Assembly: GCA_038062375.1 (NCBI GenBank)
Contig: JBBTXG010000002.1
Location: forward strand, 1 to 60,736
From: Patescibacteria group bacterium
GTDB lineage: Bacteria > Patescibacteriota > Minisyncoccia > Minisyncoccales > UBA10102
DNA: 60,736 bases
Direction of reading: 5' to 3'
The notes under the pieces were generated by a model. It was not told the DNA's origin and ran no database searches. It saw nothing but the letters and a program-made list of their open reading frames with translations. The position numbers and the translations under genes are program-made. Shown piece after piece: positions 60,696-60,736 of this stretch. Each line of letters opens with the position of its first letter. Within the stretch, counting starts at the first letter, position 1.

Positions 60696-60736
60696 TCTCT
60701 TCCTCACTCTCCATACATTACGAATTGGCCGCCGAG

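Noticed and set aside
60726-60736. Minus-strand CTCGGCGGCCA at the window edge as a tRNA 3' end
   Set aside because: Only 11 nt are visible; it cannot be supported without the adjacent sequence.

Overview
A 60.7-kb bacterial chromosomal segment read with the standard code, with nearly all genes on the - strand. The gene content suggests Patescibacteria/CPR (Parcubacteria-like); this is inference from the ECF sigma + DUF5667-like pair, the 'FQEKYAS..L.P.G...GTGFVG..TR.K.N' peptidoglycan-binding proteins and the many SD-less starts. The housekeeping and stress genes are groEL-groES (with a CIRCE element), secA and murB at left, and clpB, htrA and iscS at right. Between them lies a ~37-kb surface-glycan locus (8095-45409). 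It is bracketed by a secreted HEXXH metallopeptidase and a 1152-aa S-layer-like protein that share one anchoring domain. The locus has five notable parts: (i) a PglF/E/D/C/A-like initiation set; (ii) a contiguous CDP-sugar pathway whose enzyme set predicts a 3-C-methyl, O-methyl, 4-formamido 6-deoxyhexose (N-formylkansosamine-like); (iii) a 1457-aa membrane protein made of three tandem GT-C/Wzy-like units; (iv) a split phosphonopyruvate-decarboxylase-like pair with Fe-ADH, ATP-grasp, TagF and NeuB genes, a candidate phosphonoglycan module with no pepM in the window; (v) a two-gene insert flanked by loop-less palindromes. Non-coding signals include a MITE-like 23-bp inverted repeat, a leader hairpin shared by murB and the S-layer gene, a fourfold TAGGACA operator, an ECF promoter, REP-like and heptamer insertions inside coding genes, and a frameshifted receiver-domain pseudogene opposite a pseudo-receiver regulator. 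All functional calls come from motif recognition only; no database searches were run.
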